Positions 62,560-64,000 of a stretch of DNA of 64,000 nucleotides are shown one piece after another. The stretch lies in the NCBI RefSeq assembly GCF_030684315.1, contig NC_081400.1:3527795-3591794 (forward strand), written 5' to 3'. Position 1 is the stretch's first letter, and the number at the start of each line of letters is the position of its first letter. The stretch comes from Stegostoma tigrinum (lineage: Eukaryota). The notes beneath the pieces were generated by a model, which ran no database searches, was not told the DNA's origin, and saw only the letters and a list, made by a program, of their open reading frames with translations. The position numbers were made by a program, and so were the translations under genes.

Positions 62560-64000
62560 GATGTAAGCTGGTTCACTGAGCTTGAAGGTTTGTTCCCAGA
62601 TGTTTCGTCACCATTCTTCGTAGTTCCTTTGTGCTGCAGTGTGTAGTGGCCCGTTGGAATAATGTTCTAACGCAGCTTCGTTTGTACGTGTTGGGATGGT
62701 TGCTCCTGTAGTTCAGTATTTGGTCCGTATGTGTTGTTTTCCTGTAGACGCTGGTTTGAAGTTCCCCATTGACTGTTCGCTCTACTGTGACATCTAGGAA
62801 TGGCAGTTTGTTGTTGTTTTCCTCCTCAACATCAACAGTGAGCCTCCAACGAAGCGCTGGTGTTATGTCCCGCTTTCTATTTATCTGGTTAGGTTTCCTT
62901 GGGTTGGTGATGTCATTTCCTGCGTTGGTGATGTCATTTCCTGTTCTTTTTCTCAGAGGATGGTCGATTGGCTCCAAATCAATGTGTTTGTTGATGGAGT
63001 TCCGGTTGGAATGCCATGCTTCTAGGAATTCTCGTGCATGTCTCTGTTTGGCTTGTCCTAGGATGGATGTGTTGACCCAATCAAAGTGGCGTCCTTCCTC
63101 ATCTGTATGTAAGGATACTAGTGATGGTGGATCATGTCTTTTTGTGGCTAGTTGATGTTCGTGTATCCTGGTGGCTAGCTTTCTGCATGTTTGCCCAATG
63201 TAGTGTTTGTCACAGTTCTTGCAAGGTATTTTGTGGATGACGTTCGTTTTGCTCGTTGTCTGTATAGGGTCTTTTAAGTTCATTAGCTGCTGTTTTACTG
63301 TGTTGGTGGGTTTGTGGGCTACCCCGATGCCAAGAGGTCTGAGTAGTCTGGCAGTCATTTCCGAAATGTCTTTGATGTAGGGGAGAGTGGTTATGGTTTC
63401 TGGGCCCGTTTTGTCTGTTCGTTTGGGTTTATTGCTGAGGAATCGGCGGACTGTGTTCATAGGGTACCCATTCTTTGTGAATACGCTGTACAGGTGATTT
63501 TCTTCTGCTGTCCGTAGTTCCTCTGTGCTGCAGTGTGTGGTGGCTCGTTGGAATAATGTTCTAATGCAGCTTTGTTTGTGGGTGTTGGGATGGTTGCTCC
63601 TGTAGTTCAGTATTTGGTCCGTATGTGTTGTTTTCCTGTAGACGCTGGTTTGAAGTTCCCCATTGGCTGTTCGCTCTACTGTGACATCTAGGAATGGCAG
63701 TTTGCTGTTGTTTTCCTCCTCTTTTGTGAATGTTATGCCAGTAAAGGGTATTATTGTTGGTCTTGAAGGTTTCCTCTAATTTGTTTTGTTTAGTGATGAC
63801 AAAGGTGTCATCCACATAGCGGACCCAAAGTTTGGGTTGGATGATTGGCAGAGCTGTTTGTTCGAGTCTCTGCATTACTGCCTCTGCTAAGAACCCTGAT
63901 ATCGGAGATCCCATGGGTGTACCGTTGGTTTGTCTGTAGTTTGTCTGCCAATCATCCAACCCAAACTTTGGGTCCGCTAAGTGGATGACACCTTTGTCAT
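62560..64000 (-). mobile_element. Penelope-like retroelement (RT plus GIY-YIG), internally rearranged
   Basis: GTPMGSPISGFLA, RYVDDTF, LPFLDV, VYRKTTHTDQ, NVIHKIPC..C...YIGQT.RKL.TRIHEH; RT segment duplicated at 62615-62827. Confidence 0.92.

Overview
This is elasmobranch (shark) genomic DNA from a gapped assembly. Identifications rest on reading motifs and aligning by eye; no database searches were run. The first ~31 kb hold three tandem immunoglobulin light-chain clusters, most like the cartilaginous-fish type I/NS5/sigma-cart isotype. Cluster 1 has a germline-joined VJ. Cluster 2 is split V-12RSS / 23RSS-J, and cluster 3 has V-12RSS with its J deleted. All three are disabled as assembled. 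Just downstream (35.6-40.3 kb and possibly further) is a non-rearranging antigen-receptor-like gene that is intact in every visible exon: leader, single-exon VJ-type V domain, C1 domain, transmembrane exon and short cytoplasmic exons. A decayed second copy of this gene (promoter, leader and introns, with V and C deleted) follows cluster 1 at 11.2-12.7 kb, so the repeated unit looks like 'light-chain cluster + receptor gene'. The rest is retroelements: CR1 LINEs, HE1-like SINEs, a solo LTR, a Gmr1-type gypsy element, a near-full-length Tx1-clade L1, and Penelope-like elements with many short hammerhead-ribozyme-bearing derivatives.
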